DNA of 63,271 nucleotides, the filler included, from Octopus bimaculoides (taxonomy: Eukaryota), in NCBI RefSeq assembly GCF_001194135.2. It is 6 parts of 5 records of this genome, joined end to end, with 100 filler letters (N's around TTAATTAATTAA, not from the genome) between each part and the next. Parts side by side here need not be neighbours in the genome. Positions count along the whole stretch, not along the records: positions 1 to 29,992 come from NC_068982.1; 5 more parts are not named here. One strand, written 5' to 3'. The notes below the pieces were generated by a model. That model was not told the origin of the DNA, ran no database searches, and saw nothing but the letters and a program-made list of their open reading frames with translations. Of this stretch, positions 9,943 to 23,387 are shown piece after piece; positions within the stretch are counted from its first letter, which is position 1, and the number at the start of each line of letters is the position of its first letter. The position numbers and the translations under genes are program-made.

Positions 9943-12900
9943 GTGTGTATGTGTACATGCATGTGTATGTGAGGTAAAGCTGTTGTGTTAGCCATTAATG
10001 GAGCAATTGTAGAATTATATTTAGAACATTAAATTTAACTTTAACCCTTTAAGTACGGCAGTTGTAAGCAATTTGCTAAAAGAGACGGATCGTCAATAAG
10101 TGGCTCCGATTGTTATGCCATTCTGAATAAATATAAAAATTTAATTCTAAAATATTGACTTTCATAATATTTTGTGGCCAGGGTGACATATATAACCATC
10201 AAATTAGGAAAAATTCAGTTTCTTGCTAATAAATGTTTATTTTCTGCTGTATTAATACTTAATTTTTCAAAAGGCTTGTTTGATTGTTGACCAGATGACT
10301 TTTAAGGTGAAGCTAAATACCAGTTTACTTATTAATGTTGTGTGTGCTACTAATCATAATACAGCTTTATATAGTTCTTTTGTTGTAAATGTTACTTCAG
10401 AGATTGTGTATACAAAGTAATCTATTTTGTTGTTCCTCTATGTATGATTGAGGTGGAGTAGCATTAAGGTAACGGCATTCCATGTGCTTGTATTTCATTT
10501 GAATATTTTGCTACTCAACTGTTTGATTCTACTGCTAACTTTTCATTTCTTCAATATAATCTTTCTATCCAGTTGTTATTGTCTTGTCCCAAATCTGCTT
10601 GGCTTGAGTGTTTGCATAGCATGCAGGTATTCTGCAGAGACAGTGTAACTTGCATCTATTGTTTTAGTTAAATTCTACCTCTGCTTAGCTGAGAAACCTA
10701 CTGCACACCCAGACATGCAGAGTACCAACCTGAACAGTCTGTGCAGTATTTTATTTGTCTGGGATGCAGTATAGCAGCAAGCATATCACATTCATTTTAT
10801 TATCTGGAAATTGTAACTGTTGAGAAGGTAAACAAAGTGAACTTGGTGTGTTTTTGATAAGCAACAGGCGGCTGTAAATGTCAGTTCATGTTGATTTATC
10901 GTCAGGTGAAAAGAAGGATAATGATTACTGTTATTTGTCTTAAGTATGTAGTCAAGTGCTCATATTATCAACAAACTCGTTACAATGTAGATAATGATAC
11001 CTACTTGAAACCGATAATGATCAAACTAGGAACCATAATGTCTCAAATTTAGTCATGCTTCAGAGGAAAGTATCACAGAGTTTAGATTAGAATTGAACAG
11101 GACAAATTTGGGTCCTGTTCAAAAACGTAAATGACAAATTTTTTTTTATTATTGCTTATCTGTCTTTGATTTATTTTTATAAATTATTAGTTTCACAATA
11201 AGTCATCCATCTATATTAAAGCGCTCCATCAGTCAGGGTGCAAGCCTGAATAAGGTTTTTTATTTTTTTTATGGAAAATCAGTTGTTGCCTGAGGAGCAA
11301 GATTCCATTTACTATGCTGTTGTTGTTGTTGTGCAAGGGAAAGGCATGGGACATGATAGTTTGGCACCAGTGTTGTTGCAGGTAAACTTAATGAGCTTGA
11401 ACAAAACCACAGCACATTTTGTCCAATGCTTTGAGTTTCCCTCATCTATTATTCAGGACTGGTGCTTTTTATAGACCCCACAAAAGTGTGAAAGGCAAAG
11501 TTGAATTTGAGCTTAAAACCTCAAATATTCAAACAAATGCCACAAGGCATTTTATCTGTTCCAACAATTCTGCCTGTTCACTCAGTCATGTGCACGCACA
11601 CGCGCACACGCACACACACACACACTATTGGCTAGGTTGTACAAAAAAGTGTCCTCTCTAGTGACTAGTGTAGCTATATCATCATCAACAAATGTTAATA
11701 GAAGATTGGTTATTCTGCTTGCAATTTGGTTTTAGATATAGAAATAATGTAGCTATTTGTATTTTTTTGTGGAGAAAATCAAATGCTTTGCTTCGGTTTC
11801 TGTAACAACATGCAAATGAAATGAACTTTCCTCTGTGTTATTTGAACCAAGAAAGCCTTAATGTGTTTGTTAGAACTGCTTGAAATAACAGCCAAAGTGC
11901 CCTTAAATTACACCCATCATCGTAAATAAGAAACGTCACATTGGATAATGTCCTAGGTAGATTTTTCTGAAAAACAAAAAGATGGCCATAGTTGGAATGA
12001 TTTTTCACTGCAGGCCTTCTTGACTTGGCTGACTTGTGAATAAACATGGACAGCTACTACAGCCATCATTGTACTTTCAGATTAAGCATGTGACTGTTGC
12101 TGGCATCTATTTGCAAGCATATTGAAAAACTGCATCTTGACAACATATTCCAAAACTGCAACTTGTATTTTATTGATGAAAGTTAGAAAAGTATCCAAGC
12201 ATGGAAAATCAATGATCCAATGATAATATTGCTTCAACAAAAATATTTTATCCATTGTTAGCATTGAAAAATATGTATTTGTGTATGTAGAATGGTTATA
12301 CTATATCTGCGTGACATAAGAGTTAAACGGTTTGACATCAAAAAGGGCATCCAATTGTAAAACATTGATTGCCTGCGCTTTTCCACGCTAGTCCTGCTAG
12401 CGTGGAAAAATGGATATAAAAACAATGATGATGAAAACTGGTCTATTGTCTTGGATACTTTGTTAAAGGTCTGCTAGATAACTTCAGTGATGGTATTTTT
12501 TAAATATTCTTTGGTTGTAGTTTACTGACTTACATCTGAGCCAGGAGATTTTATTTCAAGACCAGACTGTATTCAGGAATACCTTGATTCTGTGATTCAT
12601 TGAGAAGCTTATTCACATAGAAATGTTATAAATAGTGGTTATGATTATCACAGATGAAATTTGTTGTGAAAAATATTTTTGAATATTAAAGAACTATAGA
12701 ATGACAATTTAAGCATAACCAATGATTTGATTAATTAAATAAATATTTTACAAATAATAATCAATAAAATACATTTAGAAACTTGATGTTTCTTTGCATT
12801 TGATGTAGCTTTGTTGTTAGTATTTGGTTCACTTGAAGTAGAAGGATTCTCTTTTGTCAAGAGTTCCTTGTTTCCGTTGGTTGGCAAGAAAGTAATTTCG

Positions 12901-13264
12901 TTTTTTTTTTTGCAGATAGTTACGATTTTTTTTAATGACTTTTGTCAATGTTATGATTTTTTCCCTTTTGACATTTGATAGCCGTCAGTTTTAGCTTACT
13001 TTAGAAGTAAATTGCACATAATTTTGTTTACAGTTGTTAGTTCAGTGTCAATTTTAACATGGAGTGCAAGAACAAAAATTTTCGCCAGTTTTTGCCTTTT
13101 GTAATTTTTTAAAACAATTACAGCTGAGTATCATCTATGCAGGAGGTTGTTGAATAAAATATTGCTGTACCTCCATAGGGTCTATCTTCATGTTATGTAC
13201 TTTGATCTTTCTTGATCTCCAATGAGCTCAGACATCTTGTCACAGTTTTTCTTTGAGTATACTT

Positions 13265-14537
13265 GAACTTGTAGTAGTTCCAGATATGGATGCAAGGTCT
13301 AGAATCATAGGGCCTTAGAGTTAACCTAGCAAAAACCAAAGTCTTAGTAAGTAGGAAGGCAGACAAATCACAAATACCTTCAGGTAGATGGCCCTCCTCG
13401 ATCTGTAGAAAAGGCATAGGTAGAAACTCTATAAGATGCACCTGGTGTAAGCTTTGGACACATAAAAGGTGCAGCAATATCAGAGGAAGGTTATCAGGGA
13501 AACTAGCTTTTGTATGTGGAAGATGCACAGGTTCAGTAAATGCTGAAAATGTGCAGAAAATAGACTCCATCAACTGCCTGTGGGGTAAGCTAGAGATAGT
13601 AGATAGCTTCTGTTATCCAGGTGACCAAGTTAGTTGTGGAGGTGGATGCTCCAGGAGCATAGCTGTTTGAATAAGATTAGGTTGGGCAAAATTCAGAGAG
13701 CTCCTACTTCTGCTGGCAACAAAGAACCTCTCCTCTCAGCGTGAAAGGCAGATTGTTTGATGCCTGTGTACAAACAGCTACGCTACATGATAGTGAAACA
13801 TAGGCTGTGACAGCCAAGGACATGTGTAGGCTTGAAAGAAATGAAGCCAGTATGCTTCACTGGATGTACAATGTCAATCTGCATGTTCGACAGTGTAAGC
13901 ATCTTGAGAGAAAAGTTAGCATAAGAGACATCAGATGTGTTGTGCAAGAGAGACAACTGCGCTGATATGGTCATGTGATGCATATGTACAAGGACAGCTG
14001 TGTAAAGATGTGGGACAAGGTGGTGAAGCATGATCTTCAAACTTTGAGCCTTGCAGAGGCAATGACTAGTGACTGAGACCTTTTGGTGATATGCTGTGCT
14101 TGAGAGGACTCGTCAAACCAAGTGAAATCCTAGTTGTGGTAACTGACACCCATATTGGTGGGAAGTAAAGAACACCTTTTGAGTGTTGGGACTCATGGAG
14201 ACAAAGTTGCTGGGTTCCTTTTGAGCCTGCTCATGGAGGCAATGACCAAGACCTTTGACATGTCATGCTTGAGAAGATCCATCAAGCCAAGCAAAATCGC
14301 AGATACCAGTATCATGCAAATGGCACCTGTGTCTGTGGCACATAAAAGCAGCCTGGTGTTGCGTAAACAGCACCTGTATCGGTGGCACGTAAAAGCACCC
14401 AATACACTCTTGGAGTGGTTGGGATTAGGAAGGGCGTCCAGCTGTAGAAAACCATGCCAAATTAGACTGAAGTCTGGTGCCAGCCCAGTCAAACTGTCCA
14501 ACCCATGCTAGCACGGACAATATACGTTAAATGATAA
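13265..14537 (+). mobile_element. 5'-truncated RTE-clade LINE (ORF2 C-terminal half, disrupted)
   Basis: Translates GLES*GLRVNLAKTKVL (end of RT), then a Cys/His finger, then KLEIVDSFCYPGDQ...GWAKFRELL...ET*AVTAKD...LERNEASMLHWMCNV, then the RTE 3' UTR and tail. Confidence 0.9.
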
Positions 14538-15110
14538 CATACATGTATACATACGCTCATGCAACTGAGTAGAGACAAACATTCTCACACACACGCACAC
14601 ATTGATTTTTATTGTTTTGTGTAAAGGTTGAAATCTTGACCTTTATATTCAGCTCTCTTTCTTGGCTTGTCTCACTGGGATAATAGCTGCTAAGGGTAAC
14701 TGTAACTGGTGTTTATTTTTATTCCAAAAAATGTGTATAATATTTATGTTGTTGGCTGTAATGAAGTCTTTTGTATAGTGAAACTGTTGAACTAATTTTC
14801 TTAAAAAAACAATCAAGGTATATAATCAGTGGTATGACGTAAGTTGCCAGCACTTGGGGGTCAGGCAGCTATTGCAGGGAGGATACACCATTTTTTTTTT
14901 TATTTATTATTTTTTCACTTTTAAGTATTCTGCTCGGGATAATTGAACCAGTGGTCTTGTTTGTACAATGCCATTGTATATAATATCAGAAAACATAATT
15001 GTTATACATTTTCTGTGTGAATCAATAGTACAGATGTGACCAATACATTGTTAAGTATATAGAAGTAGGATTAGAAATGGGTCAACACAAGCTGAATATA
15101 GGCAATATGC

Positions 15111-15167
<57 letters not shown>

Positions 15168-15592
15168 TGCACAGTGGGCATTGAAACAAGTAGAACATGT
15201 TCTTGAAATAGTGTGAAATGGGAAATGCAGAAGTGCATTAAATATTTGTAGACATTTTTATGACACATTGGTGGTTGGAACCATGTACAGGATGTTGATA
15301 AATGGTTTATTGTGACTAAAATTCATAAATTAAAATGCTAAGTGTCTAGTGACAATGTATTGTGTGTATTGTCACACTGTGAAACTGATTGTATAAGTCT
15401 GTAAATATGGTAATAGCCCACTCTAAATGTAGGAATTGTTACAATCCTGATTGAAGAAATCTGTGATCAAAAATATTCAGTAAGATGGTAGGGAGGTGTG
15501 ATTTGCAGGAGTTTTAATTGCAGCAGCTTGAATGATTATGCAGAGCAGGGTCTTAACTAGGGTTTCTATATGCTGAGGGTATAGATCTCAGA

Positions 15593-15980
15593 GGAGGCAC
15601 AATGGCTCAGTGGTTAGGGTAGCGGACTTGCGGTCATAAGATCGCAGTTTTGATTCCCAGACCGGGCATTGTGAGTGTTTATTAAGCGAAAACACCTAAA
15701 GCTCCACGAGGCTCTGGCAGGGGATGGTGGCGAACCCTGCTGTACTCTTTCACCATAACTTTCTCTCACTCTTACTTCCTGTTTCTGTTGTGCCTGTGTT
15801 TCAAAGGGCCAGCCTTGTCACACTGTGTCACACTGAATATCCCCGAGAACTACGTTAAGGGTACACGTGTCTGTGGAGTGCTCAGCCACTTGCACGTTAA
15901 TTTCACGAGCTGGCTGTTCCATTGATTGGATCAACTGGAACCCTCGACATCGTAAGCGACGGAGTGCCAACAACAACAAC
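15593..15980 (+). mobile_element. Full-length tRNA-headed SINE family C with 10-bp TSD
   Basis: Head GGAGGCACAATGGCTCAGTGGTTAG...GTTTTGATTCCC; (CAA)n tail; TSD AGATCTCAGA at 15583-15592 and 15981-15990. Confidence 0.9.
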
Positions 15981-16538
15981 AGATCTCAGAACATTCTTCA
16001 AATATGACAATACCTTGATTTCTTTCTTTTTTTCTTCCTGTTCCTATCCTTGTTTATCCTTATCTATCTATCTCTCTCTATATATAATGTGAAATAAAAC
16101 CAAGGGGTATTGTCATATTTTGAAGTTCTGGTAAGTCTGGTTATGATGAGGATTTTGATGGGTGAGGGTAGTGTAGAAATGTTGGGCAATCTTTTAGGGG
16201 GTCAAAATTGTTAAAAGTTTAAAAAACCCTTGACATTTAAGAGCCCTGTGTGTGTGTGTGTGTGCGTGCAATTTTTGGTACATGGTAGCATCATTTTTAA
16301 TACTATATTCATCAATATTTAGAGTGAAGTTTTAAATTTGTTTTAGAATCTCTTCACACATCTCTGTGTTTTGAGATTCTCCTGCTACAAAAAAAAAAAG
16401 AAAAAAAATCATGAAAGTACCAAAAAGCATAAAATAATTTTTCAATATAGCTAAGTATTTCTAACCCTGCTCCAAAATGGTTATAGAACTATAATAACTA
16501 GGGACCATGTGTATCTAACAACCAAAGGATTGCTTTTT

Positions 16539-16668
16539 TTAACCCTTTAACTGCAAAATTAAGCTTTATGGCTATTCCAGTTATACTCAAGACCATGCAT
16601 AAGTAATTCAAAATAATGTAAATATATAAGCATTACATTTGATAGAATAATCTGGATGCTAAAGGGTT
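16539..16668. mobile_element. piggyBac-type MITE (degenerate)
   Basis: TTAA|CCCTTTA ... CTAAAGGG|TTCA. Its right half matches the MITE at 25115-25324. Confidence 0.6.
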
Positions 16669-17197
16669 CAATATCTACCAAAAAATAGAATTGCTATTTT
16701 CTGCAAATAATGTTGCCTCAATAAACTTGATATATCTTAGCAAAAAAATAACTTTACATGTGAAATTCTTCAACAAAAGATGGATTAGTATATAAAACTG
16801 CTTTCTACATTTAATGATAGTGAAATTTTGAGTGGCTGTATATGATTTCTGTTATAAAAGGGTTAACTTAGATCTCATCATTTTCATTATGGCTGTAGCA
16901 CTACACATACTCTCTTAGATTTGTTTCAAGCATTAAATATGTCTTTCGATTATTTAATTTCTAAACCATTTTATTTTCCTACAACAACAAATATACAAAT
17001 CTTGTATGTTCATACTGAAATTCATTCATCATAACTTGGGCAAATACAGTAATGAAAACGGGTTTATTGTTGAACTCAGAAATTAAAAATGGTCTGGAGT
17101 TGCCTTTCATACTTAACCAAAATAATTCAAATAACGATAGTCATTCAGTTATTGTTTTCTCTTTGTCACGTTTATTTCTAATTAGCTTTTTAATCCT

Positions 17198-17566
17198 AGG
17201 CATGGTATGCAGTTAATACATTGACGTTGCAATCACGTGGTTCCAAGTTCAGTCCCACCGTGACACCTTGGGCAAGTGTCTTCTACTATAACCCCAGGAT
17301 GACCAATGCCTTGTGAGTGAATTTGGTAGACAGAAACCATGTGGAAGCCCGTGTGTGTGTGTGTGTGTTTGTCTCCCTTTCCTCCACTGTTTAACAACCA
17401 GTGTTGGTTTGTTTATATCCCTATAACTTAGTGGTTTGGTGAAGGATAGAATTAAGTACCAGACTTTAAAAAATAAGTACTGGGGTCAATTTATTTGATT
17501 AAAACCTTTCAAAGTGGTGCCCCAGCATGGCTACAATCCAATGACTAAAATGTAAACGGTTAAAGA
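17198..17566 (+). mobile_element. SINE family A, older copy
   Basis: GTTCAGTCCCACC...CCTTGGGCAAGTGTCTTCTACTATAACCCC, an internal (GT)n tract, and tail GTGGTGCCCCAGCATGG. Confidence 0.8.
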
Positions 17567-18894
17567 TTGTTAGTAACAACTATTGTTTATGTTAGTATCC
17601 AAAATATATTATCTGGGTGTATAGAATTGACAGTGTTACTGGAAAATTCTCTAGTATACCACAGAACATACAGGTTAATGTCATTTTCTTTTTAGTTATT
17701 TTTTCCATGCTGACACAAGTTGCTTGGTTTGCTCCAGCATGGCATCTCACTAGTTGTTGCAGCCCTTTGTCATCTCTTTCATAGGATTCAATACCTTGTG
17801 ATAAGTTTTTACCATTTCTTCTCTTATTTTCCCTTAGCTTCCTCCACATAGGCTGCTTGTCCCCTTTGTATAAGAAAGTATTGCTAGCTTTATTGTGAAA
17901 CAGTTTTGTTCTTTGTTACATAATCCTGCGCATTGATTATTTTCTCATAAATTGTGATTTAATTTTGGAAAATCATTTCCATTTACAATATTTCATTTAC
18001 ACTTGTCCAGTTTTTATCTTGTGTCTACTTATAATTTTTGGTCTCATCTATTACTACTACTTCTCCACGCACAAAACCAGTGTTACTACTAATAGTATAG
18101 TACTACAGTTATAGTCTCGACTATTACTACCACTACTAATGTTGTCTTCTCCACTATCACTGCTACTCTTTTTGCCAATCCATTATTATGCCATCCATCA
18201 CACTTCGTTGCAATATATTTCTGTTTTGATTCTAAATTCTGACTAAATTATTTATAGCCTTTGCACTGAATTTAATTTGTTCTTTGTTTGTCTAGGAGCA
18301 TTTTATTTTAGTTACGGTTGGTTGAGCTAGAGACTTTTTTTAAACTCGTTTTCCAAGAGAGTTCGTGTATGCTTTATGTGCTTGGTGGTATTTTATGGGT
18401 TAACATGGTTTGAAGGAGACTACTATTTCATTTGACATAGTTATTGGATCATAACGTCTTTTGATACTACTGAAAAGTGGGCGAGAGGGAGTGAATGTTT
18501 GTCTGCCTCCCACATCTATAGCTTTGTTCAGGACTCCTAGTTCTATTTACATTCACATACTTCCATCTCTTTTATTTTCTTAAGCTGTAAAAAGTATTTA
18601 AATTATTGAGAATTACTTGATTTTTGGTTGGCAGTAGATTAGAGTTCCCAGAATCACAAATAGAAAAATTTCACTTCTGTTTGTTCCTCATTCACCAAAA
18701 TAAGTTTTGATTCACAACCAGTTACTCTTAATTATGCACTTTTTAGTTTTTTTGTATTAAAAGTAATGTAGAAACGGGACATTATGTGGACTGTTCATTG
18801 ATATGGGAAAAGCTTTTGACATTATAAACTGTAAAATACGGTATCTGGGGAATACTGAATGTACTGCATATAGTGTTTTTTTTTTTTTTTAACC

Positions 18895-20241
18895 TGTAGA
18901 AAAGGCGTAGGTAGAAACTCGATAAGATGTACCCAGTGTAAGTTATGGACACATAAGAGGTGCAGCAATATCAAAGGAAGTCTAACTGGGAAGACAGTTT
19001 TTGTATGTGGCAAATGCTCAGGTGCTATAAACACTGAAAGTATGCAGAAAACAGCTTCTGTTATATTCCAAGGAGAAAAACTAGAAGTAGTTGATATCTT
19101 TCATTACCTTGGGGACCATGTCAGTAGCAGAGGTGGATGCTCTGAAAGTGTAGCTGCTAGAATAAGAATATCCTCGGCAAAGTTCAGAGAGCATCCTACC
19201 TCTTCTGCTGGTGACAAAGGGCCTCTCGCTCAGAGTAAGAGGTAGACTGTCTGACGCATGTGTACAAACAGCCATGCTGCATGGCAGTGAAACATGGGCT
19301 GTGACTGCTGAGGACATGCGTAGGCTTGCAAGAAATGAAGCCAGTATTCTCCGCTGGATGTGTAATGTCAGTATACATACACGACAGAGTGTAAGCGCCC
19401 TGAGGGAAAAGTTGTGTTTAAGAAGCATCAGATGTGGTGTGCAAGAGAGATGACTGCACTGGTATAATCATATGTTGCGAATGAATGAGGATAGCTGTGT
19501 GAAAAAGTGTCACACCCTAGCAGTTGAGGGAACCTGTGGAAGAGGTAGACCCAGGAAGATCTGGGATGAAGTGGTGAAGCACGACCTTCGAATATTGGGC
19601 TTTACCGAGTCCTTTGGAGATATGCTGTGCTCGAGAAGATTTGACAAACCAAGTGAGACCATAGCCTGTGGCCTGCCAGTGGGTGTAACCAGCCCACTTA
19701 TACCCCTCATTCATTGGACAATAAACTTTGCTTGCGAAGACCTATTGAGGCAAGTGAAATCAAAATCGCTGACATGGCTGATAACAGTACCGCCTGACTG
19801 GTACTCGTGCCAGTGGAATATCAAAAGCACATCTGAGCGTGATTGTTGCCAGGGCCTCGGATTGGCTCACGTGCTGGTGGCACATAAAAAGCACCATTTG
19901 AGCATGATTTTTGCCATCGTCGCCTTACTGGCATGTGAAAAACAGCATTCGTGCGTGATCGTTGCTAGTGCCACCGGACTAGCTACAGTGCAGATAGCAT
20001 GTAAAAACACCTTTTGAGCGTGGTCATTGCCAGAACCGCCTGACTGGCCTTCGTGCTGGTGGAACGTAAAAGCACCCACTACGTTCTCGGAGTGGTTGGT
20101 GCTAGGAAGGGCATCCAGCTGTAGAAACTTTGCCAGATCAGATTGAGCCTGGTGCAGCCTTCTGGCTCACCAGTCCTCAGTCAAACCGTCCAACCCATGC
20201 CAGCATGGAAAGCGGAATGAAACGACAATGATGATGATGAT
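18895..20241 (+). mobile_element. 5'-truncated RTE-clade LINE (ORF2 C-terminus plus full 3' UTR)
   Basis: CRKGVGRNSIRCTQCKLWTHKRC...VCGKC...KLEVVDIFHYLGD...MLHGSETWAVT...RNEASILRWMCNV...EGTCGRGRPRKIWDEVVKHDL. The 3' UTR has repeated GGTGGCAC(A/G)TAAAA units and a (GAT)n tail. Confidence 0.92.
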
Positions 20242-20794
20242 AAAACAATGTGTTATATAGACTGATTTGGACTTTTCCCTTAGAACTTCCCCTTCTCTTA
20301 ATTTGCTGATGTTATTAAGCAGGTTTTTATTTTGTCAAATTTAATCTCTTCTAGTTTCATAATTGTCACTATGAATATTATCTCACCCAGGTATTGCTGT
20401 ATTTTGTGTTTTTTTTTTTTTTAGTGCATATCTGACCACCAACTTTAAGGCTGATAGTCTTTCAAATATCTTTTGAATCCGCATATGCTCATCCCTGATA
20501 TCAGATTCTAGTGCAGATTCTAGTCTATTCAGACTATCTTTCATAAATATTTTTTCCTATTATTAGGTTTCTTATATCTTTATAGATACCCTGTAGAAGA
20601 GCAGGCCTGTTTCCTAATAACAATGAACCAAATAAAAATGTATTTCCTCAACATATTGTTCAGTAGCAAATAATTTATTGAATACTGACAGTTTGAGCTA
20701 TTGTTAGTTTATTTTTAGAAAAAGCTGTTTTATAATGAATTTTCTCTGTGAAATTGAATAACTAGAAACTCTCTAACTGAACGCAACCACACCT

Positions 20795-21155
20795 ATCTTT
20801 GCAAACACATAGTTTCAGGTTCAGTCTCGTATTTCACCTTGGGCAAGTATTTTCTGTAATATCCCTGGCTTGACCAATACTTTACAAGTAGATTTGGAAA
20901 CTGAAACAAGTCTATTGTATTTGTTTGTGTGAGTATGTTTTTGACTTCTTGTCATGACATCATGTGATTGTTGTAAATTAAATCTCATTAATTTTCAATA
21001 ATCTGTGGAAACACGTCTGGCTGTGGGTAAATATAACCTTGCTTGGAAACAGGTGAAGCTTGGTGAGAGGAATGGTATCCAGCCATAGAAAATCTGCCTC
21101 AGTAATATCTCTGTGTGATCCATGCAAATGTGGAAAAGTGGACATTAAAACGATT
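20795..21155 (+). mobile_element. Old SINE with family-A head/core and RTE-like 3' tail
   Basis: GGTTCAGTCTC...CACCTTGGGCAAGTAT...GATTTGGAAACTGAAAC (family A), then AGGAATGGTATCCAGCCATAGAAAATCTGCC...CCATGCAAATGTGGAAAAGTGGACATTAAAACGAT (RTE tail). Confidence 0.65.
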
Positions 21156-21159
21156 GCTA

Positions 21160-21582
21160 AATGTGAATGGAACCTGTGGAAGAGGGAGTCCTCGGAAGAC
21201 CTGGGATGAAGTGGTGAAGACCAACCCCAGGTTATTAAGTCTCATGGCAGAGATGACAATGGGTTAAAATAATTGATTCTGTGCAGTGGTTGGCATTTGG
21301 AAGGGCATCCAGCTGTAAAAATTGTGCCAAAAGTTCCAACCAACTATGGGGTGATCAAAGGATGATGATGATGCCAAAAGTGACATCACCTGTGTTGGTG
21401 CCATGTAAAAAGCACTCAGTCCACTCTATGGGGTGTTTGATGTTAGAAAGGGCATTTGGCCATAAAATCCATGCCAAAGAGACACAGTAGCCTGGTGTAG
21501 TCTTCTACCTGGCTGGTTCCTGTCAAACCATCCAACCCATGCTAGCATGGAAGACGGGTGTTAAATAATGATGGTGATGATA
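21160..21582 (+). mobile_element. RTE fragments (ORF2 end and two 3' tails)
   Basis: GGAACCTGTGGAAGAGGGAGTCCTCGGAAGACCTGGGATGAAGTGGTG (GTCGRG.PRKTWDEVV), then two GGAAGGGCAT... tail copies ending CCCATGCTAGCATGGAAGACGGGTGTTAAATAATGATG. Confidence 0.75.
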
Positions 21583-22377
21583 ATTCTCTATGCTTAAGAT
21601 CTATTTATCCTAGCAAAAATAAATGAGGGTCCTAAAAGCATATTTATGTCTATATCCCTGCATCCAATCTGTACCTGCCAATCCTTTCCCACAACTCATT
21701 TTCCTAACACCCATTCCTCCATCACTTATCTATCTATGGTACCATTTACTGAGCAGCTTGAATTATGAGAGCAGACTAAATATTTCAATCCCCCCCCCAC
21801 CTTCCTTTGTACTACCCTTTATCTTCCTCTCCTTGGAATCTCTTTGTCACCCACCTGAATTCTCAATATCATCCCTTACCACTTTATTTTCCACTGAATG
21901 CTCCTTTCCTCTGAACACCCTCTTAGATCTACCATGGTAATCTCTCCCATCTTTTTGTCAGTCACTATATCCACTACTACGTACCCTTGACTTCATCTCC
22001 CTATTTCTCGTTACCTACAGATCTATTGTTTTACTTTGCTGTAGTTTCCTCTACCTGACCCACCCTTATATACCCTTATCTGTGGCAGCTATATACTTTT
22101 AACTGTTTGGAATATCAGGAATATTATAACACTTGCCTTTTTCCTTTTTTTTTTTATGTTATTTATTTTTTATCTTGTTCTTCTGCATAAAAGTTTTAAT
22201 GTGTATTAATATCCTTATGAAATCTAAAATATTTGTAAACTCATATTTTGGTAGTGAGAGATATATGAGAGATATAAATGAAGTGAAAAGCTGGAGCAGA
22301 TGGAATTGGAAATTCAAGCACCTGGGAGCTTGTTTTCTATGTTTAGAACAGAATCATTTCTTTCCACCCCTCTCTGT

Positions 22378-22378
22378 T

Positions 22379-22435
<57 letters not shown>

Positions 22436-22913
22436 GTCTGTCTCTGTCTGTCTCTCTCTGTCTGTCTGTCTGTCTGTCTCTCTCTGTCTGTCTGTCTCTC
22501 TCTGTCTGTCTGTCTCTCTCTGTCTGNNNNNNNNNNNNNNNNNNNNNNNNNNNNNNNNNNNNNNNNNNNNNNNNNNNNNNNNNNNNNNNNNNNNNNNNNN
22601 NNNNNNNNNNNNNNNNNNNNNNNNNNNNNNNNNNNNNNNNNNNNNNNNNNNNNNNNNNNNNNNNNNNNNNNNNNNNNNNNNNNNNNNNNNNNNNNNNNNN
22701 NNNNNNNNNNNNNNNNNNNNNNNNNNNNNNNNNNNNNNNNNNNNNNNNNNNNNNNNNNNNNNNNNNNNNNNNNNNNNNNNNNNNNNNNNNNNNNNNNNNN
22801 NNNNNNNNNNNNNNNNNNNNNNNNNNNNNNNNNNNNNNNNNNNNNNNNNNNNNNNNNNNNNNNNNNNNNNNNNNNNNNNNNNNNNNNNNNNNNNNNNNNN
22901 NNNNNNNNNNNNN

Positions 22914-22999
<86 letters not shown>

Positions 23000-23003
23000 C
23001 CTC
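22378..23003. repeat. (TCTG)n/(TC)n microsatellite spanning an assembly gap
   Basis: Directly visible. It generates the spurious SLSL/RERE ORFs. Confidence 0.95.
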
Positions 23004-23236
23004 TCGTGTGATCATCACTTTAATGTTCACTTTTCCATGCATGCATGGCTTTGATGCTGTTTATTGAGGCATATTTTCTACAAACAGATACCCTTTCTCT
23101 TGCACACCCTTACTTCTATTCAATAAGCTAATTTTTCCCCATGGCCAGACGTTTCCAGAGAATATTGGAAATGAATGACATTCACTTACAATAATCATGA
23201 AATGTCAGGACACGCACCCACACACGCATGCGCGAT

Positions 23237-23387
23237 CGGCTTCTTTCAGTTTCTGTTTTCTAAATCCACTTTCAAAATTTAGTCTGTCTGAGGCTATAGT
23301 AGAAGACACTTGCTCAAGATGCCATGCAGTGGGACTGAACCTGAAACCATATGATTGGGAAGTAGACTTCTCAACCACACACCCACG
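23237..23387 (-). mobile_element. SINE family A 5' half
   Basis: GGCTTCTTTCAGTTTC...GGCTATAGTAGAAGACACTTGCTCAAGATGCCATGCAGTGGGACTGAACC matches 234-340. Confidence 0.8.

Noticed and set aside
20410-20600. Minus-strand coiled-coil-like peptide MKDSLNRLESALESDIRDEHMRIQKIFERLSALKLVVRYA
   Set aside because: About 43 codons, no splice support and no recognised family.
22133-23067. Long ORFs (242-292 aa) here and at 30.5-31.6, 33.5-34.2, 46.5-47.4 and 54.0-54.7 kb
   Set aside because: They consist of N runs (X) plus dinucleotide or tetranucleotide repeat translations.
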